DNA of 60,218 bases from Verrucomicrobiota bacterium (GTDB lineage: Bacteria; Verrucomicrobiota; Verrucomicrobiia; Limisphaerales; UBA9464), in contig JANYDN010000371.1 of NCBI GenBank assembly GCA_025363585.1, forward strand, positions 1 through 60,218, given 5' to 3'. Below, one piece after another: positions 17,940 to 27,712 of this stretch. The notes below the pieces were generated by a model, which saw only the letters and a list, made by a program, of their open reading frames with translations, did not search any database and was not told the origin of the DNA. Position 1 is the stretch's first letter. Each line of letters begins with the position of its first letter. A program made the translations under genes and the position numbers.

Positions 17940-19022
17940 TCAGTACACGCCCTCGACGATGTTCTTCTCCATCGCGCCGAACGGGCGCACGTCGCCGACG
18001 CCGTCCCACGCATAGGGAGGGCGCGGCGCGCGCCGGACCGCCTCGTCGCGCTCCAGGAACCGCGGCATGAAAAACTCGCGGGTCAACGTCGTGAGTTCGA
18101 CGCGCCCGAGCTCGCCGTACGGAATCGTCTCGTCGGTCTGGTTCGGATTCACCACGCGCAGGATCGCGCGCGGCTGCGGCGCGTAATAAGTGACGCTGAA
18201 ATTGTCCTCGGGCTGCAGCGGTACGCTCGCGGCGAGTCCCATCAGGGTGTTGCCATACGTGGGATAGAACCCGATGCGGTTCTCGAGCAACTCCTCGACC
18301 AGGAACCGGACTTCCTGCGGCTTCATCGAGGTGCCGCCGCAGAAAACCCCGCGGATGCCCGCGTCCCACAGGTTGGTCTTCTCCGCCAGGGCCTCGAGCA
18401 GCTTGGGCGTCGTGAACAGTCCCGACACCTTGCGGTGCTTGAGGATCGTGATCGCCTGGTCAACGACGTGGACCATGTACGCCTTCGCCTGGTCGTACTT
18501 CTTGTCGGCCAGGATTTTCTTAACCCAGCGCGGGTCGAGGTCGATGAAGTAGCACGAACTGCCGCGGACGTGGGCGAGGTGCTCGATCGCGAGACGCAGC
18601 CGGCGCGGGCCCGTCGGACCCATCATCAGCCACGCGCCGCCGCGGGGAAAATGGGCGTCGGAGATTTTCTCCGAGAACTCCGAGTAGTCGACCTTGTAGT
18701 CGTTCCACCCGATGCGTTGCTTCGGCATGCCGGTCGTGCCACCGGTCTCGAAAATATTGAATGGTTTGCCGCGGTATTCGGCGGGCACCCACACCTCGGG
18801 CTGGAGATCGCGGAGCGATTCGTCCTGGAAATGCGGAAAGCGCAGGAGGTCGGCCGACGTCTTCACGACGGGACGCGGGTCGAAATTCTTCCCGGCCCAG
18901 TCAAGCCAGAACGGACACCCGGTGTTCGGGTTGAAGTGCCACTCGATGATCTCGCGGAGATGGGCGTCGAGTGTCGCCAGCGCGGCGGCCACGGCTTCGG
19001 GTGCAACGGTCGGAATCGGCAT
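17940..19022 (-). CDS. EhpF/GriC-like adenylate-forming (ANL-like) enzyme
   Basis: WHFNPNTGCPFW, FETGGTTGMPK, GPTGP, YGNTLMG and ERD motifs. Confidence 0.75.
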   Translation of the reverse strand: MPIPTVAPEAVAAALATLDAHLREIIEWHFNPNTGCPFWLDWAGKNFDPRPVVKTSADLLRFPHFQDESLRDLQPEVWVPAEYRGKPFNIFETGGTTGMPKQRIGWNDYKVDYSEFSEKISDAHFPRGGAWLMMGPTGPRRLRLAIEHLAHVRGSSCYFIDLDPRWVKKILADKKYDQAKAYMVHVVDQAITILKHRKVSGLFTTPKLLEALAEKTNLWDAGIRGVFCGGTSMKPQEVRFLVEELLENRIGFYPTYGNTLMGLAASVPLQPEDNFSVTYYAPQPRAILRVVNPNQTDETIPYGELGRVELTTLTREFFMPRFLERDEAVRRAPRPPYAWDGVGDVRPFGAMEKNIVEGVY

Positions 19023-19123
19023 AACGCGTTTGATACGTGTGCGGACAGACTACCGGTCGGTCCGGTTTTGGGAACAGCGGAGTTCGGGGGCGGCGCACAA
19101 TGGGCGTGTCCCATGCGGCATGG

Positions 19124-19217
19124 CGTGGCTGGCACCGGCCCGGTGCCAATTCCCGACCGGCTCCCCAACGCAGTTGCTGCACCGAGTGACGGCGAGCCGC
19201 CGCCACCCACCCATGCT
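19124..19217. repeat. REP-like doublet, family A (copy 3)
   Basis: TGGCACCGGCCCGGTGCCA...GTGACGGCGAGCCGCCGCCACCCACCCATGCT; the spacer also resembles copy 4. Confidence 0.8.
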
Positions 19218-19322
19218 CAACCCCATGCCGCCTTTGGTTGAAGCGCATCCGCTCGGTAGAGCGGCGGGCAAAGCTCCCGGTGCGTCCCGCCGATTTCCTG
19301 TCTCCTTTCGCATCCAGCGGCC

Positions 19323-20600
19323 ATGAATGGGTGGATGAGGATCGACGAGAATGGCGGAAACCAAGGCACCGAGCCCGACATGGCGTTGGTGAGGGCCTAC
19401 GCCGTCGATCATTCCGACGAAGCCTTCTCCGCGTTGGTCTCGCGCCATCTGGACTTCGTCTACTCGGCCGCGCTCCGTCAGGTAGGGAATCCGGCGCATG
19501 CGGAGGAAGTCGCCCAGGCGGTTTTCCTCGTCCTCTCGCGCAAGGCCGCCTCCCTGGATTCCCACACGATCCTGCCCGGATGGCTGCATCGCACCACGAG
19601 GTTTGTCTCGCTCGACCACTTGAAAACGGAACGCCGACGACTGGATCGCGAACGGGAAGCCCACCTGCAGTCCGATGCCCGCGCGGCGGAATCCAACGGG
19701 CCCGCGGACACCGATCCGGATCGGGTCTGGGAACAGTTGTCGCCGTTGTTGGACGATGCCATGTCGCGGCTTCGCGACGCCGATCGCGACGCGCTCATCC
19801 TCCGTTATTTCGAAAACAAGAGCCTCGTTGAAGTCGGCGCGGCGCTCGGATTGAAGGAACGCGCCGCGCAGAAACGCGTCGCCCGCGGCCTGGAAAAACT
19901 CCGCGTCCACTTCGAGAAGCGCGGGACACGGGTGTCGACCGGCTCGCTGGCGAGCGTCCTCGCCCTGCATTCCGTCCACGCCGCCCCGTCCGGATTGGCC
20001 GTCGCGATCGCGAGCGGCGTCGCGTTGAAAACAGTTTCCTTCCCAACACTCGCACTCGCAAAAGGAGCATTGAACATCATGGCATGGACCAAGACAAAAA
20101 CCGCGGTCGTCGTCGGCATCGGCATCATCCTCGTCGGCGTCCCCGTGGCGCTGGTCGTCCCCAAAGTCGTCGCCTTCGTGATGCTGCATCACGGCCACGG
20201 CATGCGCAGGCAGGCCGCCAACCCATCGGCGACCCTCGACACCCCGACGCAAGCCGCGCTGGCGTTCGTCCAGGCGGTCACGGAAGGGCGGCGCGATGAA
20301 TTCGACGACTTGGTCCGCTTTCCCGATGGCGTTGCCGACGCCCAGGCCGCGGCGTTGCACGGCGACCTTTTCCGGCGCTGGACCTCCCAGTACGCGCGCC
20401 GCGAATTCCGCGCGGTCCGTGATTTTCAGCAACCGGCCGAGGATGGCTTGCATCGGCTGCACCTTCACACCCGTGACATGGACACCGGCGGCGAGGATGA
20501 CCTGTTGATGCTCCTGAAAAAATATCCCGCCGGCTGGCGGGTCTACGTGAACGACGTCCCGGCCGGCGCGCCGTCCACCAGCGCCGCGAGCAACCCGTAG
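19323..20600 (+). CDS. ECF sigma-70 factor with C-terminal TM and extracytoplasmic extension
   Basis: AFSALVSRHLDFVYSAALRQV, AEEVAQAVFLVL and sigma4 AAQKRVARGLEKLR; hydrophobic VVVGIGIILVGVPVALVV segment. Confidence 0.9.
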   Translation: MNGWMRIDENGGNQGTEPDMALVRAYAVDHSDEAFSALVSRHLDFVYSAALRQVGNPAHAEEVAQAVFLVLSRKAASLDSHTILPGWLHRTTRFVSLDHLKTERRRLDREREAHLQSDARAAESNGPADTDPDRVWEQLSPLLDDAMSRLRDADRDALILRYFENKSLVEVGAALGLKERAAQKRVARGLEKLRVHFEKRGTRVSTGSLASVLALHSVHAAPSGLAVAIASGVALKTVSFPTLALAKGALNIMAWTKTKTAVVVGIGIILVGVPVALVVPKVVAFVMLHHGHGMRRQAANPSATLDTPTQAALAFVQAVTEGRRDEFDDLVRFPDGVADAQAAALHGDLFRRWTSQYARREFRAVRDFQQPAEDGLHRLHLHTRDMDTGGEDDLLMLLKKYPAGWRVYVNDVPAGAPSTSAASNP

Positions 20601-20654
20601 CGGAGACGTGCCGAGGCCGCGGCACGCGTCCACGTATTGGGTCCGGACTCTCCG

Positions 20655-20678
20655 ACTGAACACTGATCACTGAACACT
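20655..20678. repeat. 7-nt tandem tract ACTGAAC/ACTGATC
   Basis: actgaacactgatcactgaacact. Confidence 0.65.
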
Positions 20679-20749
20679 CCGTCCCCACTGTCGCCAACCG
20701 CCCTCTTTCTAGGATCGTCGCCCCCCGCGATTTCCGGTTCGCTTCGCGG

Positions 20750-23743
20750 ATGCCGTCCCGACGAACCGTCGCCCTCCACGCGGCCCTCGCCTTGCTCACG
20801 GGTTTTCCCGCGTTGGCCGTTGAACCCACGGCGCGGACCGGCGACATGCCCCGCGTCCCGGCCACGCCCGCCGACCACGCCGCCGCGACGTTCCGCGTCC
20901 GGCCCGGATTCGAGGCGCAACTCGTCGCCGCCGAACCACTCGTCCAGAGCCCCGTCGCGCTCGCCTTCGACGAATCCCGCCGCGTCTATGTCGTCGAGAT
21001 GCGCGACTACTCCGAACGTCGTCCCGAGCGGCTCGGACGCGTCCGGTTGCTCCGCGACTCCGACGGCGACGGCCGCCTCGATGCCGCGGACGTGTTCCTC
21101 GAAGGGCTCGCATGGCCGACCGCGGTGACGTGCTGGGAGGGCGGCGTGTTTGTCGGCGCCACGCCCGACCTGATCTTCGCGAAAGACACCGACGGCGACG
21201 GGAAGGCGGACGTGCGGGAAGTGATCTTCACCGGCTTCGCGAGCGACTTCGCGCCGTACGCGACGAACAAACTCAACGTGCAGGCGCTGATGAATTCCCT
21301 GCACTGGGGACTCGACCAACGCATCCATGGTTCCGCGAGCATGAGCGGCGGGACCGTGCAATTGGTCGACTCGCCGTTCACCCGCGCGTGGCGCGCCAAG
21401 GTCGGACTCACCAATTTCCCCGCGCCCGTCCGCCTTCGCGGCTGCGACTTTTCCTTCGACCCGCGCACCCTCGATCTCCGCGCGGAAACCGGCGGCGGGC
21501 AACATGGGATGTCGTTCGACGATGTCGGCCGGAAATTCGTCTGCAGCAATTCCGACCATCTCCAGCAGGTGCTCTACGACGACACGACGTTGCCGTCGAA
21601 TCCCGCGCACGACGCGCCGGCCGCGCGCGCGAGCATCGCGGCGGATGGTCCCGCGGCGACCGTGTATCGCGCGAGTCCCGACGAGCCGTGGCGCGTGTTG
21701 CGGACGCGCTGGCGCGTGGCGGGATTGGTGCCGGGACCGGTCGAGGGCGGCGGTCGGCCGAGCGGTTACTTCACCGGCGCGACCGGCGCGACGATCTATC
21801 GGGGCAGCGCCTACGGGCCGAATTTCGCGGGCGACGCGTTCATCGCGGACTGCGGAAGCAATCTCGTCCATCGCAAGAAACTCCGGCCCGGACCCGACGG
21901 CATCGTGCTCGTCGGCGAACGCGATCCGTCGGAAGCGACGAGCGAATTCCTGGCGAGCACCGACAACTGGTTTCGTCCCGTGCAGTTCGCGAACGCGCCG
22001 GACGGTTGCCTGTGGGTCATCGACATGTACCGCGAGACGATCGAGCACCCGTGGTCGTTGCCGGACGGGTTGAAGCAGCATCTCGATTTGAATTCCGGCA
22101 GCGATCGCGGGCGGCTGTGGCGCCTCGCACCGACGGGATTCGACGCGCGCGGCACATTGACGCGTTCCGTTGGCATCCGCCCGAAATCGACGGGCGAATG
22201 GGTCCGCGATCTGGAAAGTGCGGACGGATGGGTGCGCGACACGGCGTCGCGGAAGTTGCATGAACTGCAGTCGCGCGACGCCGTCCCCGCGTTGAGCGCC
22301 CTGTTGCGTCCGACGACTCCCGTCGCGACTCGGTTGCACGCGCTGAACATTCTGCGCGGGCTCGGCACGTTGACGCCGGCGACGTTGGACCGAGCCGCCA
22401 GGGATCCCGCGCCGGCCGTGCGCGCCGAAGCCGCCCTCCTTGCGCCCGACGCGGGCTTTGCATCCGAATCGATCTGGCCGGAACTCGCCAAGGACGCCTG
22501 GCCCACGGTGCGATTCGCGGTCGCGCGCGTCGCGTCCAAGGTTCCGGCTGCGTCCCGGGAGGACGTGCTGGCGACGTTGGTGGCGAAGGGTCCACCGCTG
22601 GCGAGCGGCCTCGCGCTCCATTCGGCGGCCGGCCACGAGGTGGCGCTCTGGGAGAGACTCCGTTGGATGAGGACGGCCGACGACCCGGCGTTCGCCGAGA
22701 TCGCGCGCATGGTCGGGCGGACCGCGTCGGCTCCCGATCTTCAACGTCTCGCCGCCCCGACCCAGTCACCGCTTCACTCGGAATTCGTGGAGTTGGCCGC
22801 GCTCGCCGATGGAATCGAATCGTCGGGGCGGAGTCTCGAAAAAGTCGGGTTGACCGATCGGTATGCGCCCGCGTTCGCGAAAGCCCGCGACGCGGCGCGA
22901 ACGGGTTTCGACACCAAGACACGCAGCGCGGCGATCGCTCTCCTCGCACACGCGTCGGCCGCGGACGCGTTGCCCGCGTTGTCGTTGGTCCTTGCGAACG
23001 GTTCGACCGAGGAACGCGGCGCCGCATTGCAATCGTTGGCCCGGTTCCAGGGTCGCGAATGGGCCGACGCGCTCGTCGCGGGCGCCAACCGCGCCGGCGG
23101 ACTTCGCCCCCGCGTCTACGGCCTTTTGCTTCGACGTCCCGAGGGACAGGCGGCACTCGTCGCGGCGCTCGGCACCGGGACGCTACGCGTCGCGGACCTG
23201 ACCACCGAGACCGTCCAGGCCTTGCGGCAATCGTCCGACGCCACGGCGCGTCGCGAGGCGCGTCGCCTGCTGGGCGAACCACCGGCGGATCGGCACGTCG
23301 TCGTCGAATCGCGCCTCGCGGTGTTGAACGCGGTCGGCGACGCGTCGAAAGGCGCGCCGGTGTTCGCGGAACGCTGCGCGGGTTGCCACCAATTCCGCGG
23401 CGTCGGCCAAACGCTCGGGCCCGACCTCGCGTCCGTCGCGTCGAACGGCCCGGAGAAACTCCTCGTGGCGATCCTGGACCCGAACCGCGAGGTCGCGCCG
23501 AACTTCACCGCGTGGCTCGCCGAGACGGCCGGCGGCGAATCGCTGGCGGGAATCCTCGCGCGGGAATCGGACGGCCGCGTGACGTTGCTGCAGGCGGGCG
23601 GCACGACGACGACGCTGGAGCGCGCGAAACTGAAGCGCTGGGAGAACACGGGGAGATCGTTGATGCCCGAGGGACTGGAAGAAGGCCTGGACGACCAACG
23701 CCTCGCCGATCTCCTCTCGTACCTGACCACGGAGAAACGCTGA
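20750..23743 (+). CDS. PVC-type membrane-bound dehydrogenase / heme-binding CxxCH protein
   Basis: LVAAEPLVQSPVALAFD, STDNWFRPV, HEAT-like middle region, CAGCH heme motif, SLMPEGLE. Confidence 0.92.
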   Translation: MPSRRTVALHAALALLTGFPALAVEPTARTGDMPRVPATPADHAAATFRVRPGFEAQLVAAEPLVQSPVALAFDESRRVYVVEMRDYSERRPERLGRVRLLRDSDGDGRLDAADVFLEGLAWPTAVTCWEGGVFVGATPDLIFAKDTDGDGKADVREVIFTGFASDFAPYATNKLNVQALMNSLHWGLDQRIHGSASMSGGTVQLVDSPFTRAWRAKVGLTNFPAPVRLRGCDFSFDPRTLDLRAETGGGQHGMSFDDVGRKFVCSNSDHLQQVLYDDTTLPSNPAHDAPAARASIAADGPAATVYRASPDEPWRVLRTRWRVAGLVPGPVEGGGRPSGYFTGATGATIYRGSAYGPNFAGDAFIADCGSNLVHRKKLRPGPDGIVLVGERDPSEATSEFLASTDNWFRPVQFANAPDGCLWVIDMYRETIEHPWSLPDGLKQHLDLNSGSDRGRLWRLAPTGFDARGTLTRSVGIRPKSTGEWVRDLESADGWVRDTASRKLHELQSRDAVPALSALLRPTTPVATRLHALNILRGLGTLTPATLDRAARDPAPAVRAEAALLAPDAGFASESIWPELAKDAWPTVRFAVARVASKVPAASREDVLATLVAKGPPLASGLALHSAAGHEVALWERLRWMRTADDPAFAEIARMVGRTASAPDLQRLAAPTQSPLHSEFVELAALADGIESSGRSLEKVGLTDRYAPAFAKARDAARTGFDTKTRSAAIALLAHASAADALPALSLVLANGSTEERGAALQSLARFQGREWADALVAGANRAGGLRPRVYGLLLRRPEGQAALVAALGTGTLRVADLTTETVQALRQSSDATARREARRLLGEPPADRHVVVESRLAVLNAVGDASKGAPVFAERCAGCHQFRGVGQTLGPDLASVASNGPEKLLVAILDPNREVAPNFTAWLAETAGGESLAGILARESDGRVTLLQAGGTTTTLERAKLKRWENTGRSLMPEGLEEGLDDQRLADLLSYLTTEKR

Positions 23744-24012
23744 CCGACGGGAATCACGGAACCGGGGGCTTCGGGATTTTTAACCACGGAGCACACGGAG
23801 CACACGGAAGTGTGGAAGCGAAGAGACCGTCCGTTTTTTACCACGGAAATCACGGAATCGGACGGCATACAGGATTCGGACTGCTTCTTGTGATTACCTG
23901 TTTTTCCTTTCCGTGATTTCCGTGGTTTCCGTGGTAAAAATATAGGTTCCACGGCTCTTTCGAGCTCCGTGTGCTCCGTGGTAAAAATTCCCGGCATCCG
24001 CGTCCGTGGTCT
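23744..24012. repeat. Nested 9-nt-period inverted repeats
   Basis: Outer arms 23772-23809 / 23965-23994; inner arms 23834-23857 / 23909-23940. Confidence 0.85.
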
Positions 24013-24060
24013 GTGCGTGGACTTGAATGTTCCGTGGCACGGCAGGACGCTCGCCGCGAA

Positions 24061-24861
24061 GTGAAGTTGCTGTTTTCCGAGACCACGCCGGACTACGCGC
24101 ACTACCTTTACCCGTACGTGGTCTGGGGATTCCTCGAGTCCGGCGAGACGCCCGCCGACGCCTTCGACTCCGGCTTTCTTCCCGGCCTTCCCTCGCTCGA
24201 ACGCTTCTACCTCGTCCGCCATCTCCGCATCCCGTTGGCCGGCTGGAAACCCACTTCCGAGAACCGTCGCATCCTTCGCAAGGGCGAGGGTTGGGACTGC
24301 GCGCTCGTTGCCAGGGAGTCCTTTGATTACGCGGGCGAGCGACGCGACCGCTGGCTGGCCTATGCGAACGAACGCTTCGGCGAGGGCGTGATGCCCGGCG
24401 AACGCCTCGACCGCGTGATGGGCGGCCGCGTGATCTCGCACGTCCTCCATTTCACGGAGACGGCGACCGGACGCGAGCTCGGCTCGGCGGTGATGTACTT
24501 GGAGGCGCCGCGCGTCGCTTATTACTACTACGCGTTCTACGACCTCACGCTCTCCGATCGAAATCTCGGCATGTTCATGATGACGCGGTCCGCCGAGCAC
24601 CTCGCGTCGCTCGGGTACGAGCATCTCTACATCGGCACGTGCGTGACGCCCAAGGCGCTGTACAAGGCGCAGTTCGAGCCGCTGGAATATTTCGACGGCA
24701 ACCGGTGGTCGCGCGACCCCGCGGGCCTGCGGCATCTGGTGCAAACGGAATGCCCGCCGGGAAAGCATCGGTTGGAAACGCCGGAGTTCATGGTGTTCCA
24801 GCCGGACGGGTTGGCGGGCTTGGTCGCGCAAGCGCGGGCGAGGATTCCGCGGGGAAAGTAG
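24061..24861 (+). CDS. Arginyl-tRNA-protein transferase (ATE/Bpt)-like GNAT-fold protein
   Basis: YYYAFYDLTLSDRNLGMFMM and GYEHLYIGTC..KALYKAQFEPLE resemble the ATE C-terminal domain; SENRRILRK; GTG start. Confidence 0.7.
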   Translation: MKLLFSETTPDYAHYLYPYVVWGFLESGETPADAFDSGFLPGLPSLERFYLVRHLRIPLAGWKPTSENRRILRKGEGWDCALVARESFDYAGERRDRWLAYANERFGEGVMPGERLDRVMGGRVISHVLHFTETATGRELGSAVMYLEAPRVAYYYYAFYDLTLSDRNLGMFMMTRSAEHLASLGYEHLYIGTCVTPKALYKAQFEPLEYFDGNRWSRDPAGLRHLVQTECPPGKHRLETPEFMVFQPDGLAGLVAQARARIPRGK

Positions 24862-24864
24862 GCG

Positions 24865-24893
24865 GTGTTCAGTTTTCAGTTTTCAGTGGTCAG
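24865..24893 (+). repeat. 7-nt tandem tract after a stop codon
   Basis: GTGTTCAGTTTTCAGTTTTCAGTGGTCAG, 3 nt after TAG. Confidence 0.75.
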
Positions 24894-24976
24894 AGATGAG
24901 AGCGTCGGCCCCCGCGCGAAGCGTCCCGCCGTCGCGGTAGACGCACGCCGGCCGCGTGCGCTACGGTGCCCGACCT

Positions 24977-26665
24977 GTGACGAACAAAGGGAAGTCCCCG
25001 CTCCGCGTCGGCCTCATCTCGCTCGGCTGCGCCAAGAACCTTGTCGATGCCGAGATCATGCTCGGATCGCTGCTCCGCGACGGCGTCGAGATCACCAACG
25101 ACGCCACGCAGGCGGACGCCGTGATCGTGAACACCTGCTCGTTCATCGACGCGGCGCAGGAGGAGAGCGTCGACGCCATCCTCGAGTCGACCGCCGTGCG
25201 CGACGCCAACCACCGCGGCCAGGCCATCATCGTGTCCGGTTGCATGCCGCAGCGCTTCCGAGAGGAACTCCCGAAGCTCCTGCCCGAGGTCGACGCGTTC
25301 ATGGGCATCGACCAAGTCGCGGAGGTTGGGACGATCGTCCGGAAGGCGGTCGAGGCGCGGTCCGTCAAACTTTCCACGGAGTCCGTGACGAGGGCCAAGG
25401 GGAAGGCAAAGCCCGGCGACGTGAAGTCGCGCGTGGCGAAACTCGCGGACGGCAACGGACATTCGCACGACCACGACCACGATGAATCGATGCGCGGCAC
25501 GGGGGAGTTCGGGAAGACCCGTCGCGTGCTGTCCGCGCCGGCGGACCCCGCGGTTCCTTCGGTCGACGTCGCGTTGCGTCCCGACTACATCCCGAACCAC
25601 GAGACGCCGCGCTTCCGCCTCACGCCCCGGCACTTCGCCTACCTGAAGATCGCGGAGGGCTGCAACCATCCGTGCAGCTTTTGCACGATCCCGCGCATGC
25701 GCGGCTCGCACCGCAGCCGCGTGCAGTCCGACGTCGTGGCCGAGGCCAAGCGGCTGATCTCGGAAGGCGTGCGCGAGCTCAACCTGATCTCGCAGGACTC
25801 CACCTACTACGGGCTCGACCTCCGTCCGAACCACTCCCGCGCGATCTCGTCGCCCGAGAAATTCACCGCCGCGACGCGCGCGCTGGCCGCGGACGCGACG
25901 ACGCTGAGCACGCTCCTTCGCGAGTTGAATGCCCTTCGCGGCGACTTCTGGATCCGCCTTCTCTACACGCATCCGGCGCACTGGACCGACGAGTTGATCG
26001 CGACCATCGCCGGGTGCAGGAAGGTGGCGCGGTACGTGGACATGCCGTTGCAGCACGTGGAGGACGACATGCTTCGTCGCATGCGGCGCGAGACGAGCGG
26101 GCAATACATCCGCGAGCTCATCGCGCGGATCCGCGCGGGAATCCCGGGCATCGCGATCCGCACGACGCTCATCGTCGGGTTCCCGGGCGAGACGGAAAAG
26201 CAGTTCGGCACCCTGTTGGATTTCATCGAGGAGACGCGGTTCGAGCGCCTGGGAGTGTTCGCGTATTCGCGTGAAGTGGGAACCATCGCCGGGAAGATGG
26301 AACGGCAAACAACGCCCAAGACGCGGCAGGGACGCCGCGAGCGCGCGATGGCCACGCAGCACGCGATCGCCCGGGAAATCTCGGGCGCGGCCGTGGGCAC
26401 GACGATCCGGGTGTTGGTCGAGGGCGAGGCGAGCGCGCGCGAGTTGCAGAAAGCCAACGTCAGCTCGTGGGAACACGGGCTGATCCGCGACGGGGATCCG
26501 GGGCTGGGCGCGTTGCGCGGCCGTTACCTCGTCGCGCGCGGCGAGGCGGACGCGCCGGACATCGACGGACGCGTCTACATCCGGGGCAAGCTGCCGGTCG
26601 GCGAATTCGCGAAGGTCAAGGTGGTCGGGCACACCGACTACGACCTGATCGCCGAGCCGGCGTAG
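24977..26665 (+). CDS. rimO: Ribosomal protein S12 methylthiotransferase
   Basis: SLGCAKNLVDAE, NTCSFIDAAQEES, CNHPCSFC radical SAM motif, APDIDG TRAM motif; start uncertain. Confidence 0.95.
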   Translation: MTNKGKSPLRVGLISLGCAKNLVDAEIMLGSLLRDGVEITNDATQADAVIVNTCSFIDAAQEESVDAILESTAVRDANHRGQAIIVSGCMPQRFREELPKLLPEVDAFMGIDQVAEVGTIVRKAVEARSVKLSTESVTRAKGKAKPGDVKSRVAKLADGNGHSHDHDHDESMRGTGEFGKTRRVLSAPADPAVPSVDVALRPDYIPNHETPRFRLTPRHFAYLKIAEGCNHPCSFCTIPRMRGSHRSRVQSDVVAEAKRLISEGVRELNLISQDSTYYGLDLRPNHSRAISSPEKFTAATRALAADATTLSTLLRELNALRGDFWIRLLYTHPAHWTDELIATIAGCRKVARYVDMPLQHVEDDMLRRMRRETSGQYIRELIARIRAGIPGIAIRTTLIVGFPGETEKQFGTLLDFIEETRFERLGVFAYSREVGTIAGKMERQTTPKTRQGRRERAMATQHAIAREISGAAVGTTIRVLVEGEASARELQKANVSSWEHGLIRDGDPGLGALRGRYLVARGEADAPDIDGRVYIRGKLPVGEFAKVKVVGHTDYDLIAEPA

Positions 26666-26691
26666 AGCCGAGGCATCCCGCGCGGTATGCC

Positions 26692-26845
26692 GTGGGTGGC
26701 ACCGGCCCGGTGCCACTTCCCGACTGGTTTCCCAACGCTATTTTCAGCACCGAGTGGCGGCGGGCCGCCGCCACCCACTCATGCTGGTCTGGTGGTTGAG
26801 GGCGTGAAATATTTCCCCGATCGCAACCGCATGCGGCCTGCCGAG
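26692..26845. repeat. REP family A (copy 4) plus a solo family B arm
   Basis: A doublet at 26692-26785; GGCGTGAAATATTTCCCC..CGCAACCGCATG at 26801 matches the reverse complement of about 17582-17613. Confidence 0.75.
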
Positions 26846-26923
26846 CGACGCTTCGCGCCACATACCGCGCGTTCCCGAACATTGGGGCTTGCCCCGAGTC
26901 CAGCTTAAGATTTCATCCGCCCC

Positions 26924-27709
26924 ATGTCCGAATGGCTTCAGATCGCGATCCTCGGCTTGATCGAGGGGATCACGGAGTTCCTGCCGGTGTCGTCGACCGG
27001 CCACCTGCTCCTCGCCGAGCATTGGCTCGGGGGACGCACGGATCTTTTCAACGTGGTCGTGCAGACCGGCGCGGTCCTCGCGGTGTTGGTGGTTTTCATG
27101 CGCCGGGTGGTGGATCTGGTGGTGCGGTTCAACGTGCCCGAGAACCGCGACTACGTGGCCAAGCTTTTCGTGGCCTTCGTCATCACCGGCGTCTGCGGGC
27201 TCGCGATGAAGAAGCTCGGCCTCAAGCTTCCCAAGGATCCGCAACCCGTCGCCATCGCCACGCTCGTCGGCGGCGTCCTGTTCTTGCTCGCGGAATTCTG
27301 GCTGCGCGGACGCAAGACCACCGATCTGGTGACGTGGCCGATCGCGCTCGCCATGGCGGCGGGCCAACTCCTCGCGGTTGCATATCCGGGCACGTCGCGT
27401 TCCGGCGCGACGATCCTGTTCGCGCTCGTGCTCGGGTTGAGCCGGCCCGCCGCGGCGGAGTTCTCGTTCCTTCTCGGCATCCCCACGCTGCTGGCCGCGG
27501 GTGCCAAGGAAACCCTCGACGCGCTGAAGGACCACACGCCGCACGAGCCGTGGCTGATGATCTTGTTCGGGACCCTGGTCGCCGGGGTGTCGGCATTCGT
27601 CGTCGTGAAGTGGTTCCTTGGTTACCTCCGCACGCATTCGTTCGCGGTGTTCGGTTGGTACCGCATCGCGCTGGGCATCGGCATCCTCGTGTTGTTGAAA
27701 CAAGCCTGA
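26924..27709 (+). CDS. uppP: Undecaprenyl-diphosphate phosphatase
   Basis: EGITEFLPVSSTGH, PGTSRSGAT and AAEFSFLL motifs. Confidence 0.96.
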   Translation: MSEWLQIAILGLIEGITEFLPVSSTGHLLLAEHWLGGRTDLFNVVVQTGAVLAVLVVFMRRVVDLVVRFNVPENRDYVAKLFVAFVITGVCGLAMKKLGLKLPKDPQPVAIATLVGGVLFLLAEFWLRGRKTTDLVTWPIALAMAAGQLLAVAYPGTSRSGATILFALVLGLSRPAAAEFSFLLGIPTLLAAGAKETLDALKDHTPHEPWLMILFGTLVAGVSAFVVVKWFLGYLRTHSFAVFGWYRIALGIGILVLLKQA

Positions 27710-27712
27710 GCC

